From Gnetum montanum (taxonomy: Eukaryota > Plantae > Gnetophyta), in contig MNCI01002485.1 of NCBI GenBank assembly GCA_015680685.1, positions 46,464 to 110,463 of the forward strand: 64,000 bases of DNA. Direction: 5' to 3'. The first letter of the stretch is position 1; each line of letters begins with the position of its first letter. Under the pieces are notes generated by a model, which was given only the letters and a program-made list of their open reading frames with translations, ran no database searches and was not told where the DNA came from. Positions 13,697 to 26,849 of the stretch are shown one piece after another. Made by a program: the position numbers and the translations under genes.

Positions 13697-15290
13697 GGTG
13701 TTATGGTATTGATTGTAAAGAGTACAACATCATGATCAATGTAGAGGAAATATGCTTAGAGATAGCAATGGACCATCTTAATCCAATGGTATAGTTTAGT
13801 AAGATCACATCATTTCCTACCAAGACGTGCAACTCTCAATGAAAATTTTTTGGTCAACTTATCCTAATTGATCTTCTTGAAATTGAGAAAAGATTTAAGG
13901 ATAATAAGAAGGTTAGGAAAATACTCCCCTTTCCATGCTTGATTAGAAAACTTTGTAAAATAGGAGGGACAACCTATTACATAAATGACATACCTCAAAG
14001 GGCTCTTGCAACATCATGGCATGAAATGATGAAGAGGAATACACATTTAAAATTTTAGAAGGAAGAAACACCACCATCACTACTCAAGAACACTATAGGT
14101 ATTGAAGAATACCTAAGAGGGCAACAATAGTAACTGGCATCTAATGATGAACTTTTATCTTATCGCCTAGTTATAAGTCATATTAATGAAACTATAAGGA
14201 TAATTATCTAGTCATCAAATGATTTAGAAAATATATTCTTCACATAAAGAATCCAAGCTATTTTTCATGCTAACCCTTCCATAAGGAAGGTTGCACCATC
14301 CCTACCATCTAAACAAGTTTCCAAAATTTTAAATAATATCATAGCTTTCCCTATGATGTTGGAAGAAGAGAAAAATGTCATAGTGGTAATCATGCCATAC
14401 AAGGGACAAGAAATAGAAGTGGAGATGGTGGTAGACATGGTTGAAGAAGCATTAGAGGTTCCTAAAACACCTATGTCTAACATTATTACTATGATAGATA
14501 TTTAAGTGTCTTCAAGAATCAAATCTAAGAGGTTGACTGCAATCCAACATGAAGAGGTGCTTGAGAGGTTAGTGGGTACTAGGAAATAGATTTAAGAGAT
14601 ATTCAATATTCCAAAAGACATATCAAATACTAATTTATTGTTGTAAAAAATAAGGGGAAAGTCCTAGGAGAAGAAGCACATCTATAGGAGGCTACAAACA
14701 TTAATTAACAGTTAATAGTCGAAGTTGAAGAACTTAGAGATGGCTTATCCAATTCACTCATTTTTTGACTAGAATTTATAAGAAATAAATCCTTTTAGAA
14801 GCTTCAAAAGAGATAAAGAAAGGTCAATAAAGAGAAAGAAAAGGTCATCTAAGATGCAACATTATTAGATGCAATGCGATAGAGCACAAATAATGATATC
14901 ATCTAGATGCACCAAACAAAAAAATAAATGATCAATGAAAATCAGTGTTTACATAATGTGAAAAAGTAGAAGGAACAAATGGAGGAATACCTCAACACTA
15001 GCAACAACAACTTACTAGGATAAACCAAGATGTTAGAAGATTGGAAAGTAAAAATTAAAATATCTTAATGGAGGAGCTACAAGCCATCAAATAGAAGTCA
15101 ATTATTAAGATTACCATGTGGAAGAATGAGGCCCTAAAATATGAAAAGGAGAAAAATCATTATAGGGACTAGGTGAGCATGCTTAAGAAGGTGAACGAAA
15201 AAGACATATAATTAACTAAGGAAAAAATGAATGAATCCCTTCAATACCTTTAAGAATGAGATGCTACATGGATTAGATGAATTGTACAAG
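13697..15290 (+). pseudogene. diverged homologue of the Athila extra ORF (5' truncated)
   Basis: YGIDCKEY...HLNPM...EIEKRFKDNKKVRKILPFPCLIRKLCKIGG and WKNEALKYEKEKNHYRD match ORF 41153-41632 and ORF 8211. Confidence 0.8.
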
Positions 15291-15479
15291 ATTTTATTCG
15301 AGTAGATGATATACCTAGATATACTTTCATGGAGATAATAAAATTAATATATTTTCTATTCATTGTAGCACTTGGATTAGTGTTTTAATTTTATTTTTTG
15401 TAATTTAATTTAAATGTTCATTTACTTTTTACATAAGCAATTAATTATTTTATTTGATTGCAGTTAGTCAATTGGTATG

Positions 15480-15650
15480 AGTACAACTGGTTTCGAGCAT
15501 AAACACATTAATGTTTGGTAATCCCAGTAGTGGATTACTTGGTATACCCAATGGTAAATACTTAATATCCCAAAAACATTAGTGCATATTAAGGATTATA
15601 TGATAAATTAGGAATGGATACTCAATGCTAGGCTAGATTAAGAAAATGGT
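15480..15650 (+). repeat. possible Athila LTR remnant
   Basis: ATGTTTGGTAATCCCAGTAGTG...ACTTGGTATACCCAATG resembles the LTR block at 9740-9790. Confidence 0.4.
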
Positions 15651-16040
15651 TATTATTCTATATTACTTTGCCTTGAACCATAAACTACATATTGTAGTTA
15701 CACATGTAATCACATTAGGTAACTTTTCTTGTAACTCTTGTTATGAATTACTTGTTAAAGTGTAATAACAATTAATGTAAATAAATTTTAAATACCATTT
15801 TATAATATGACCTTTTTAAAGATATTAATTCACCATCATGCTAATAATGTGGGTTAACTTCTTAATGTAAGTGAAGGTTTTCATAACAATTTTCTATGGA
15901 TACCTTTGTACATATAGTCTTAAGTGTATATTTTATGGTCCCTCTACCTGGCCCATGTCTTATCATACTTGGTTAAGGTTTAATGTATAGGTTGTAAAGC
16001 CTCAAGTCACATGTTCTAATCACATGAAGCAATTTAAAAT

Positions 16041-16910
16041 TCTTCTTTTCTTCTTCATCCTAACCTTGTCCCAATAAAATAGGGTTTATTACATGATTTT
16101 TGTTTGGCCATTCTTGTCTATAAAGACCTAGATCTTTGTTTCTTTGCGTTTTATTCAAATTACCTTTAATGATATTTTCCTTTTTTTTTAAAGTTTTTTT
16201 AGTAGCTTTCCTAGAATAGTGATGTAGAAAATTTTCTTAATAGGCTCATTATCTGATCTTCTTTGTACATGTCCAAGCTATCTAATTTGTTTCTTTGTGA
16301 TTTATTCAAATTACCTTTAATGATATTTTCCCTTTTTTCAGTTTTTTTAGTAGCTTTCCTAGAATAGTGATGTAGAAACTTTTCTTAATAGGCTCATTAT
16401 CTAATATTCTTTGTACATGCCCAAGCTATCTAAGATGTCATTCCTATAGCTTATCTAAAAGAGAAAAAATTCCAAGCCCTTCTCTAACATTTATATTATG
16501 TAGTTTATATCTTCTTGTAATATTCAATATTCATCTCAACATCCACATTTCTACCACATTCATTTGTTGTCCATACCTCTTTTGTAACCCTAATAATTTT
16601 CTTATAAAATTATCCCTTTAGTTTTAGTAGAATTTTTGTTGCATAGAATATTACTAGCCTATATCCATTTTGAGTATCCTATCTTAGTACTATTTCTTTA
16701 TCTTTATCAATTTCACCATTTGATCGGAGCATTGATCGTAGGAGGTACACCTATTTGTAATAAGGGAATTGTTGGACTTGAATTATGACATCTACTTCAC
16801 TATTATTAATGTTATTAAAATTACATTTCATATATTCTATCTTGCTTCTACTAATTTTTAAGCCTTTAAATTTTTGAACTTGTCTCTTATTTAAAATTGA
16901 ATCCTAATTT
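16041..16910 (-). mobile_element. RTE-clade LINE, 3' remnant
   Basis: Minus strand reads GLKISRSKIEYMKCNF, NVVEMWMLR and HLR*LGHVQRR. The 3' end is ttgggacaaggtt followed by a (gaa)-rich tail. Confidence 0.75.
16135..16433. repeat. ~150-bp tandem duplication within the LINE remnant
   Basis: 16135-16285 and 16286-16433 are near-identical. Confidence 0.9.
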
Positions 16911-17259
16911 TTATTATATTTATATTTGTTTGACTTAGAAAATGTTAGATAGCATGGTGTTAGAAAGTTTCATCAATAAAATAATCCAAGATATATGCTA
17001 CCATTTAGAATAGTTGGAAAAAATTTTAAAGCTATTTTAATATCATATTTGACTCTCTTATTGCATTTCTTTTATAGCATCTCAAAAAAATATGGTTTTA
17101 ATCTTGAATTCTATCATGTAAACAAATATGCATGTGTAATCTTCTTAGGTCATTTGTAATTGCAACTATCTTCCTATTCCACAAGTGCTAGGTGGCTCAA
17201 GTAGTTAGTTCATTATCTTATTAAGTAAGAGATTTCTAATTGGATATATACTTGAAAAT

Positions 17260-17330
17260 GTGTTAGCCAAGAAGTAAGAATCTTAGCCTAATAACCCCAA
17301 GTTACAAGTTCAATTCTATTGGATAGCATT
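17260..17330 (+). mobile_element. possible tRNA-derived SINE remnant
   Basis: A-box-like TAGCCAAGAAGTAA and B-box-like AAGTTCAATTCT at tRNA-like spacing. No cloverleaf is recognisable. Confidence 0.3.
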
Positions 17331-17374
17331 AGGTTATCTCCTATTATAGCTCATGATGTGAGCTCTTCCAATCT

Positions 17375-19600
17375 CAAAAAGGGAAATATTGTTAGGTGTT
17401 TTAAGCTTGATTGCATATTTGAATTTTTAGTAGATATTCTATTTGGGTAGGTTCAAGCTTTTATCTTTTCTTTTACAGGAAAGCTTATGTTTACACAAGT
17501 TGTTTATGCCACATTAACATGTAGAACCAACTAGTAGAACCATTTTTGGTTCTAGCAGAGCTTATGCTTTCAATGGTTTCTCTCTATGCTAGATAAGCTT
17601 CTAGGTTTAGTGTTGCACCTTAAAACCATTTTTTGGTTCTATGTAGCTTCTCCAAAATGGTTCTACTAGCTCAACATCATGTGCATTCAAAGGTTTTAAT
17701 CTAGATCAACTCTTCGTTTTAGCTCTAGAATCAATCTTTAGTTCTACAAAGGTTACTTTAATTGGTTATATTGTCTTAGCTTTTTCTATGGATGGGACTT
17801 AGTGGGACTGAGCTAAGTAGCTTTAGAGGATGTATGCAAAAAGAATTTAGTCTAGATGAGCTTGTAGAACCAACTAGTAGAACCATTTTTTTGGTTCTAT
17901 TAAGGGATGTGAAATGGTTCTAACACATTAGCCTAGAGAAAAAATGCCAAATAAAATTAGCTTGTAGAACCATTTCTTAGTTCTGCGAAGGGCTTCTCCA
18001 TTTAGCTATGCCACATCAACTCATGGAACCAAACTTTAGAACTAGTTTTTAGTATTACAAAGCTTTTCCAAAATGATTCTACAATATTAGTGCTTTTCTT
18101 TCGTACATGTAAGCATGGTTGGAAGCTTGTTTTTTTACAAGCTTTAGAATCATTTTTTAAAAGATTCTATTGGGTGCCTTACTACATCAACTTATAGACC
18201 CAGCCTTTCTAACTATTTTTTTATTTTACAACACCCACAAAAAATGGGTTTTCAATGACAACAATTAGCCTACATCAGTCATTAGAAAGAAGGATCAAAA
18301 TAAAATAAAACTTAGCTCTTGTTCATGTAAGCTTGTATAATGAACATGATAACTAGCTCTAGAACTAAACTTGGCTCTACCAGACTTGCATAAACAAGAA
18401 GCTTTTAAAATGGTTTCTGCATTGAATAGTTTCTATATGCCATGTTAGTGCAAAAAAAAGAGGCCTAAAGTGTATATGCCACATCATCCCAATGAGAGAC
18501 AACAACTTTAATTCATTTATGGTTCTAAAAATGTAGTGCACTATTTAAAGTGAAAGGGCCCTTAAAAAGTTTTGTACCATAAAAGCTTACACTTCATGAT
18601 CATAGAGTAGTTTTTATTTAGCCTAACCTTTTCACATAAAGCTAAAATTATGAAAGCTATGGGTCATAAAATAAAAAGCTCATTTGTAATAAAATCTTAT
18701 TCCATCTAAAAGCATCATGAAAGAAAGCTCAAAAATATAGAAATAATTAGAATACATATGGTAATTATACAAAGAAGTTAAAGATTATATTATTGCAAAT
18801 GTTAGTTGTGTTACATTAATGAAAAAGGATAGGAGTAGTTAAATTAAGTTAAATGAGTCATTATCTCTAATACAAGAAGAGCTTATTATTTCCATAGGAA
18901 GTAAAGAAATAGATAGCATTAAAAATAAAATGGCCAATTTCTTCCTCTTCTACTAAGCTTTCAATGCTCACCTTAATCTAATATCAAATGTAGTAATGCA
19001 AACTAAGATGTAACTGATACAACTTCTTCTTCTTTAGCTACTTTTCTTAATGAATGTACAAGAGCTATAGCTTCTTCTCTCTTATGCTTCTCTATCTCTA
19101 TATCTCTAATGTATCAACAATGGCTCACAAAATATCTTTGGAAATGGCTACAAAGTATGTTGGCTATAAATGGAAGCTTACTAGCTTAGCTATGTCAATT
19201 ATGATTTTGCCCCTCTTGTCCTTGAATTGGAATTTTTCTTCTATTCTTTTTGGTTCTTTTTCTTCTCTCTCTCTTCTCTGTAAAAGTTCTCTTTCTATTA
19301 AAATGCTTTGTAATTTCTGAGTCTTTTTGTTGACACAAGGTAGAGTATTTTTCTCTTCCTCTAAACCATGGAAGTTGACTTTTGTAACTTGAGCTTAGTG
19401 GTTGTGCTTAGTTAGGAATTGTAATAGAAGCCCTATAATTTTTTTATTAATAAAATCACACTAATCCCTAGGATCTAGACAGAGTTTTACGATGAATGTA
19501 GGTTGACCAATCTAGCAGCCAGACCATCTTAAAGGCTTTGTGTCTATTTTTGAAGCTTTGAATTAATTTTTTGAGGAAATTCTTGAACATGAAAAAGAAT
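17375..19600 (+). mobile_element. SIRE-like copia PPT plus long LTR (LTR starts 17390; right end uncertain)
   Basis: gtgagctcttccaatctcaaaaagggaaata-t-TGTTAGGTGTTTT is homologous to the PPT/LTR junction at 21016 (minus strand). Contains many GTAGAACC/GGTTCTA motifs and CTATAAAT near 19165. Confidence 0.7.
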
Positions 19601-19609
19601 TTGGTGAGG

Positions 19610-21015
19610 TAGGATTTTGGAATAGAAAGCCAAGTTATGGAAGAATAGGATCTAAGAAAGGCTTTAAATAAAGGCCTTTGTTATAGAGTTCTATAAACGA
19701 CAAGTAATAGGGCATTTTAGAAGAAAGCTTGAAATTGAATTTAACTCTCTAGGTGAGCTAATTTATGAGGTTGAATTATATAATATATCTTGTTTGAAAG
19801 CCATGAATGCTAACTAGAATAAGTTTAGCTTTGTTTTGAAATAGGTTAAAGTTGTGGGTGTTCTTTCTCAAGCATAGATAATGGCATTGAGAGGGGGGAT
19901 GAATTAGGACCATATAAAACATTTTGAAAAATGGAGACTAGAAAAACATAAACAATAAGTCTAAAAATAAATTTTAATGCCAAAATCAGAATAATAATGC
20001 AAGAAATGATAAATCAACTTCAAGATTTGTAAGGTGGTTTGGCTACTAAAATGGCTAGTCAACATTCACCATAAATCCCTTCCTAATTCCTAAGGGGCAG
20101 GGTAATTTATTATCTAAAAAAATTACAATGCTTCTTATAGTCCCAGACTTAGCATAACGGCATGGCTCATATCACATTCATAGCATAATGAGAAACATTC
20201 TAGAATATTACTTTCTTAACTCTGAGTGAAAAACTCTATCTTTTTTGAACCTTTGGCTCAAGAATTATAAAGCTTTTTTAAGAGAAAGAGAGAGAGAAAA
20301 ATGAGAAAATAAGGAGAATAGAAGAAGAAATTCTAGTTCAAGCACACACTAGACAAGAACCAAAACATATAAACTAGTAACTAAGATTTCTAATATGTAG
20401 TAGAAAATTTCGTAGTCATTTTTAGAGCCATTTCTTATGCCATTGCTGATCAAGTTGAAGTAATAATAAAGAGAGGAAGATGTAGCCATTAATAATCCAT
20501 TTGGTGAAGACTGTGAAGATCTATTACTACATTTGGTAAGCATTGAAAACTTAGTAGAATGGATAACAACTATTTTTCTTCCTCCTTTTCATGTAATAAA
20601 TGATGCTAGACATTAACAATGGAAATAATGTCAGATGTTGAAAGTACAAACAACATTACTTATCGAAGTGGAAACCATGTACAAGTGGCAATGACATTGA
20701 ACATTGAAGTGGAACAACATTGCACATCAAAGTGGATACGGTATTGTATGTTAGAGTGGAAACCACGTGTAAGTGGAAATGACGTTGCACATGAAGTGAA
20801 AACCATGTGCAAGTGGAAACAACATTACACGTTGAAGTGGAAACATTATATGTTAAAGGTGTGTTAAAAGTAGAAACAACACAGCATGTTAAGACTAGTA
20901 ATAATGTTCCACATTAAAACTTGAAATGACATGATGTGTTAAAACTAGTAATAATGTTGTATGTTAAAACTTCTTTCCAAAGACAAACTTACAACCAAGT
21001 TCAAAACACCCAACA
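19610..21015 (-). repeat. 3' LTR of the copia element
   Basis: Begins TGTTG after the PPT (21016-21030), aligns to 26850-28367, and contains a ~20-bp AAGTGGAAAC/CATTGCAC repeat array at 20600-20970. Confidence 0.85.
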
Positions 21016-21839
21016 ATCTCCCCCTTTTTTAGGTTGGGAGTACTCACAACATGAGTTTGAATGAAAAAGGGCAAAGAAGAATCATACAAAGCTAAGAAGA
21101 TAGGCATGGCAAGTAATTTTAAGCTCAAAACACTACATAGATAACTTAGTTAAAATGACAAATATTAACTACAATTATAAAAGGAAAAAATTGGGATAAA
21201 TAATACAACACATAACTCGAAGACAAAAAATTCATAATATACTTACAATATCAAGTCTCTAGCCAAAATGTATCATATAGGCAAGGAGGCAAAAAAATAG
21301 CCACTATAGGTAAAATGTTAATTACTACAAGCTTACAATAGTATGTAAGATAAAATATAAAAATGCAGCTCCCAACAACATAGAGAGATTATCATAACAA
21401 CCACAAGAACAACTTAGTTAAGCAATTAGGAGTATATTTTAACTTATATCAACACAAATGGATGAAAATAACTTAGCCACCACAAAACAAGCTAAAAAAT
21501 GTTATAAACATAAAAATATAGAGAATTTACTTTAGAGGAAACAATTTTCTAAGAAAACCATCCCAATTTTCTAAACGAAATCATCAGAAAATAGTAGAGC
21601 ATATACTCCCTCTTTTTGTTAGAAAATAAAAAAGATTGCTTCCACTAACGTCATGAAGAAAATCAAGCTCAAAACACAGATAAAAAAATATTGCTACAAG
21701 CAACAAGAAAAAAACATAGATATAAACATATGAGCTAAGTTACAATTAAAGAAAAACATACATACTCCCCTTGCAATAAAACTCATTATCTCATATAAAA
21801 ATCCTAAACTAACAGCATAGAAAAGAAGATATTTAAGAC

Positions 21840-24800
21840 TATAAAGTCATCACATCTAACAATGTTCTTAAATAAAGAAATATTTCTTTGTTCAAAGCCT
21901 TTGGAAAAATATCTACTCTTTATTCACTAGATGAAACATGTGATAATTTTATTATTTGTAGCTCTACTTTGTCTTGGAGAAAATGATATTTAATCTCAAT
22001 ATGTTTAGTTTTACCATGAAAAACTGGATTCTTAGAAATTGATATAGCTACATTATTATCACAATGAATACTTATTGGGTCATAGAATTTTATACCAAAA
22101 AGCTTTAATACTTTCCTCATTCAAAGAATTTGTATGCAATAGTGTGAGCCTATAATATAGTTGGCTTCAACTGATGATAATGCCACAAAGTTTTGCTTCT
22201 TGCTTAGCCATGATACTACTCTATCACTAAGAAAATGATAGCTTCCACTAGTGAATTTTAGATCATCTTTATTTCCTGCCTAGTCTACATCTATTAATGT
22301 TTGTAATTCAAAAGTTCTACTGTAAGGGTACCATAGCTCGTGAATGATTGTGCCTTTCAAATACTGTAAAATTCTTTTGGCTGAAACCAAGTGTGATTCT
22401 TTTGGCTCTGAATAATGTCTAGAAATCAAACATGCTACAAAGACTATATTAAGCTTGCTGGTTGTAGCATAATGCAAGCTTCCCACAATGGATCTATATA
22501 GTGTAGGATCAATGTTCTTCACATCTTCATCTTTGTCAAGATGTACACTTGTGCTAAGATGAGTTGCAAAAGTTTTATCTTCTATCATACCAAACCTCTT
22601 AAGCATTTGCTGAACATGCTTCATTTGAGAAATGAAACTTCCATTCGTATGTTGTTGAATATGTAGGCCGAAAAAATGAGATAGCTCTCCTATCATTGAC
22701 ATCTTAAACTTTGATTTCATAGCTTTAATAAATTCTTTTCTTAAACTTAATCTTGTTCCTTCAAACATTATTTCATCAACATAAATATGTGCAACTAAAA
22801 ATCCTATATTATCCTTTTTTAATATAAAGAGTACTATATAGAGGGGCTTTCAAATACCCATATTTGGCTAAGTAGGAATCAAGCTTAGTATACCATAGTC
22901 TAGTGGCTACTTTTAAGCCATATAAAGTCTTGTGCAGCTAATCCTTTTGGCTATTCAATATATATTACCTCTTTTATGTCTCTATTCAAAAATGTTGATT
23001 TTACATCCATTTGGTAGAGATTAAATATTTGGTAAGCTACAAAAGATAAAAGCATTCTAATTGATTCTAGTATTACAACTAGAGAAAATGTATCTTGATA
23101 ATAAAGTCTGTCAAATTTAACAAAGCCTTTTGCTACTAGTCTTGCATTATTCTATGTTACTTCACCATGCTCATTCATCTTATTTACAGAAACTCACTTA
23201 GTTCCAATGATGTTAGCTTCTTTTGGATGTAGGACTAGCTTTCGAGTATTGTTCTTTATAATCTGCTTTATCTCTTCATCCATGTCATTCCAATCCTCAC
23301 TCCCAAGAGCTTCCCTGATAGTTAGAGGAATGAGGAATGGAGAAAGCAAGATAACTAATAATCCATAATCTATTGTTTCAACCTTGTTTCTTCATGTCCT
23401 TTATTTTTAGAGGTTTTTTGAGGATATCTATCATGGATCTAAACCTTTACATTCTTCTCCTTAGGCCATCATTAGGTTTATTATTTTACTCCATTTCTAT
23501 CTCATCAGATAAGGCTAGATACTCCTCTTCAATCTCATTAGCTTGTTTTGACATCAAAATACCATCGTCATTTTCTTATCTTCATTCATATCTTTCTCAG
23601 CCACATTGTTAGCCTCTTCAGATAATTCATCAATCTTAACATGAGGTGTTTCAATGATTTTGAATGGTTTTAACTTTAAGTAATGATTAGAATATCTAAT
23701 AAATAAATCATCATCACATCAGCTATCAAGCTTATGAACATTATCCTAATTTTTAATATAACACTTGCTTCAAAAAATTTAAAAATATTGAACATTAGAT
23801 ATTTTATCATGTTGCATTTGATAAGGAGTCTTATGAATATTACCTCTTAATAAACATCTGTTGATGATATACACTACTATTTTGGCTACCTTATTCCATA
23901 GATACTTTTGTACATTCTTTGCATTCATCATTAATTAGATCATCTCCAATGTAGTTCTATTTTTCAATTCTATATGACCATTCTACTAAGGTGTTCTAGC
24001 TAATGAGAACTGCCTCTTGATACCTACATCTCTAAATAACTCATAGAATTCATTTGAGGTAAACTTGCCTCCATTATTAATCATAATAGCTTTGATTTTG
24101 AGCCCTATTTTAGTTCAATCATACTTTTAAATGTTTAAACACATCAAAATTTTTCTCAATGCATGTTAGCCATGACATTCTAGTATAGTCATCCACAATA
24201 ATAATAAAAAAATTTGCTACCATCAAAACTAGCCATATCAACATGTCCATAGACATTGATATGTATTAATTCAAGATTATTATTACATTGAGAATTTACT
24301 AATTTAAAAGTAGCTCTAGTTTGCTTACTATATTAGCATGTAGAACATACCTCTTCTAGCTAACTTACCTTAGAAATGCCTCTTATACTTGGAGGCTTGA
24401 TGAAATCTTGCATGTTTCTTGAGCTTAAGTGTCTTAGTCTCTTATGCCACATCCTACTAGTACCTATTCTAGAAATAAGAGTTAGATATTGTAGCTGCTC
24501 AATAATGGAATATAAATTATTTTTTACTCAAGTAATTTAACATTTAAAATTATTTTTCTTATTTTTTAATAGACATTCCTCATTCATGAAACAAATATTA
24601 TAACCTTATTTTAAGAATTTTCCTAAGCTCAACAAATTATAATGTAAGACATGAACAAAATCAATGTTGTGAGATTTAGGAAAACAATTATGAATTTTAA
24701 CTAAACCAATACCTCTTACAATGGCTTTACCTTTGTCACCAATGCTTACCTTCCCTTCATTGAAAATTTAAGTGTAATAAATTTTTATTTATCATTGGTC

Positions 24801-26780
24801 ATGTGTTGAGAATAGCCATTATCAAGAAACCATGTCTCTAGGCTACAAGAGCTCTTTAAGACTAATTGTACAAGGAGAGCTCTTCTATTGACTAGTATCC
24901 AAGCCTATTATCCTATTTTAATGTTTGGTCTCCAAACTTATTATCCTATTTTAACATTTGTTCTCCAAACTTATGAACTTATTTTGCTATTCGGGCTTCA
25001 AATTTGTGATTTTGTTTTGACATTTCTTGGAAAAAGCATAATAGCATGTGAATAATGGAAACTTTCATAATAATAGATGTTATTTATTCTACAATTCCTT
25101 GCTCTATGGCCTAAAACTCCACACTTAAAACAATATCCATTAAAGAAATTAACTATTGATCTTAGACCATACATGATGATTGGAATTCTTGATGTGAAAG
25201 GAATTCCCTTACCTATGTATGAGGTGACATATCATGACCATGTTTGGACTTTCATCTTATGTATCACTATTTTTATTAAAGGTAGATTTGCTGAGGAACC
25301 AAACTCATAGCCATTATTCCTCTTATCATCACTTGGTTGTCCATTTTTGATGATATCATTGAGCTATTTTGAGCTGTTGGTAAACTTTTTAAACAAATTT
25401 GATGTGGCTTGAGTAGCCTTACCTTTCATGTTTTCTTTAACAGTAGTACTTTCTCTTTTAGCTTCAAATTTTCTTATTGAACTGATTCAGTTTTTGTCTT
25501 GTAACTTTTGATTTCTTTCTCCCTTTCTTTTAAAACTTTATTTAACTTTTTATTTACTTTAATAAAAATTTTTAATTGATTCCTTAAACCTTATATGTCA
25601 ATGTCAATATCTTCTTCATATTCAGTTTCAATTGTGTCCAATGAGTTTATTCCATTTTCTTCTCAATTGAATGTGCAGTTTCAAATATGCTAGGAGTTTA
25701 TTGTACACTTGGGTTAGTATACATAATGTTTTGAAAATAATATTCTCAATTATAATCATGAATCATAGTTGGAATTGAAAAGAAATCTTGTGTAACAATA
25801 TTAAAATCATCTATTATAATATCAGTATAGGAAAAATGAGCAAATGAATTTTCTTCAACATTCTCTATTTCTATATGTTCTAATTGACTTTGTATTATGG
25901 CTAATTGGGCTTTTAATTTACCAAAATTGGATTGTGTGCTCACTGGCCTAAACCTAATTTTCTAATTTTTTAAATTCTTCTCATCCTTATTCTTTTTTAG
26001 ACAATTTGCAATCATATGACATATTTCTCCACAATAATAACGAGAAAAAGATTTTGTTCATTTTTACTAGCCTTTATCACATTTATCCTTCTAAGATTCT
26101 AGGCAAGATTGATAATTTCTTTATTAGAATCAGATTTTGACATTGATGGTTATTTGTTATCCTCAATCTTTTTAGCTTCAACTCTAAAAGCAATTTTCTC
26201 CCATGTGTTGGTAAAATTTGCTGTACCTTTCTAGATTTCAAAGGCTGAAATAATACTATACAACTCAACAATGAAGGAGAGATCTTTTACCACTTCTATG
26301 GAAGACACCTTTGCCTCAAATCTATTGGGCAAAACAGACAAAATTTTCTACCAGATAATATCATGAGATTGTGCTTCATCAAGCATTGTCATCTCACTGA
26401 TAATTTCATCTACTTGGTTGAGGAAACTATTGATATTTTCATTTTCTTTCATCTTCAAAGTGTTAAGACATGCTCTTAATATTAGCAACTTAGACTTCAC
26501 ATTGTCATTTATGTCATAAATTGCTTGAAGATGCTCCAACATTTCTTTGGCTAATTGAAGATACATAATTTTCATACAAACTACTCTATCCAAGCCATAG
26601 ACTAAAGCATTCATAGCATGGGCATCATGCATAGAGTTATTGGTTCCTCTACTAACTACCTTCCAGGCATCATCATCATGCTAGAAGATAAGTCTTCACC
26701 TTGGACTTTCATAATGGATAATCTATGCCATTAAACCACAGAGCTTTGTTGGATATGAAAAACCTTGATTTTTCACCATG
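21840..26780 (-). pseudogene. copia gag-pol remnant
   Basis: gag AMNALVYGLD...TLKMKENENI; PR WFLDNGYSQHMT; RT FKMSMIGELSHFFGLHIQQ...YRSIVGSL; RH CDNNVAISISKNPVFHGKTKHIEIKYHF. Confidence 0.92.
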
Positions 26781-26849
26781 TCCAAAAAATAGAAAGATGC
26801 AACATAGAATGTTAAGTCAGGATATGTTAAATAGCTTCAATATGAATTA

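Noticed and set aside
20619-20867. Repetitive ORFs 20619-20867 and 27905-28249
   Set aside because: They arise from the LTR minisatellite and lie on opposite strands in the two LTR copies.
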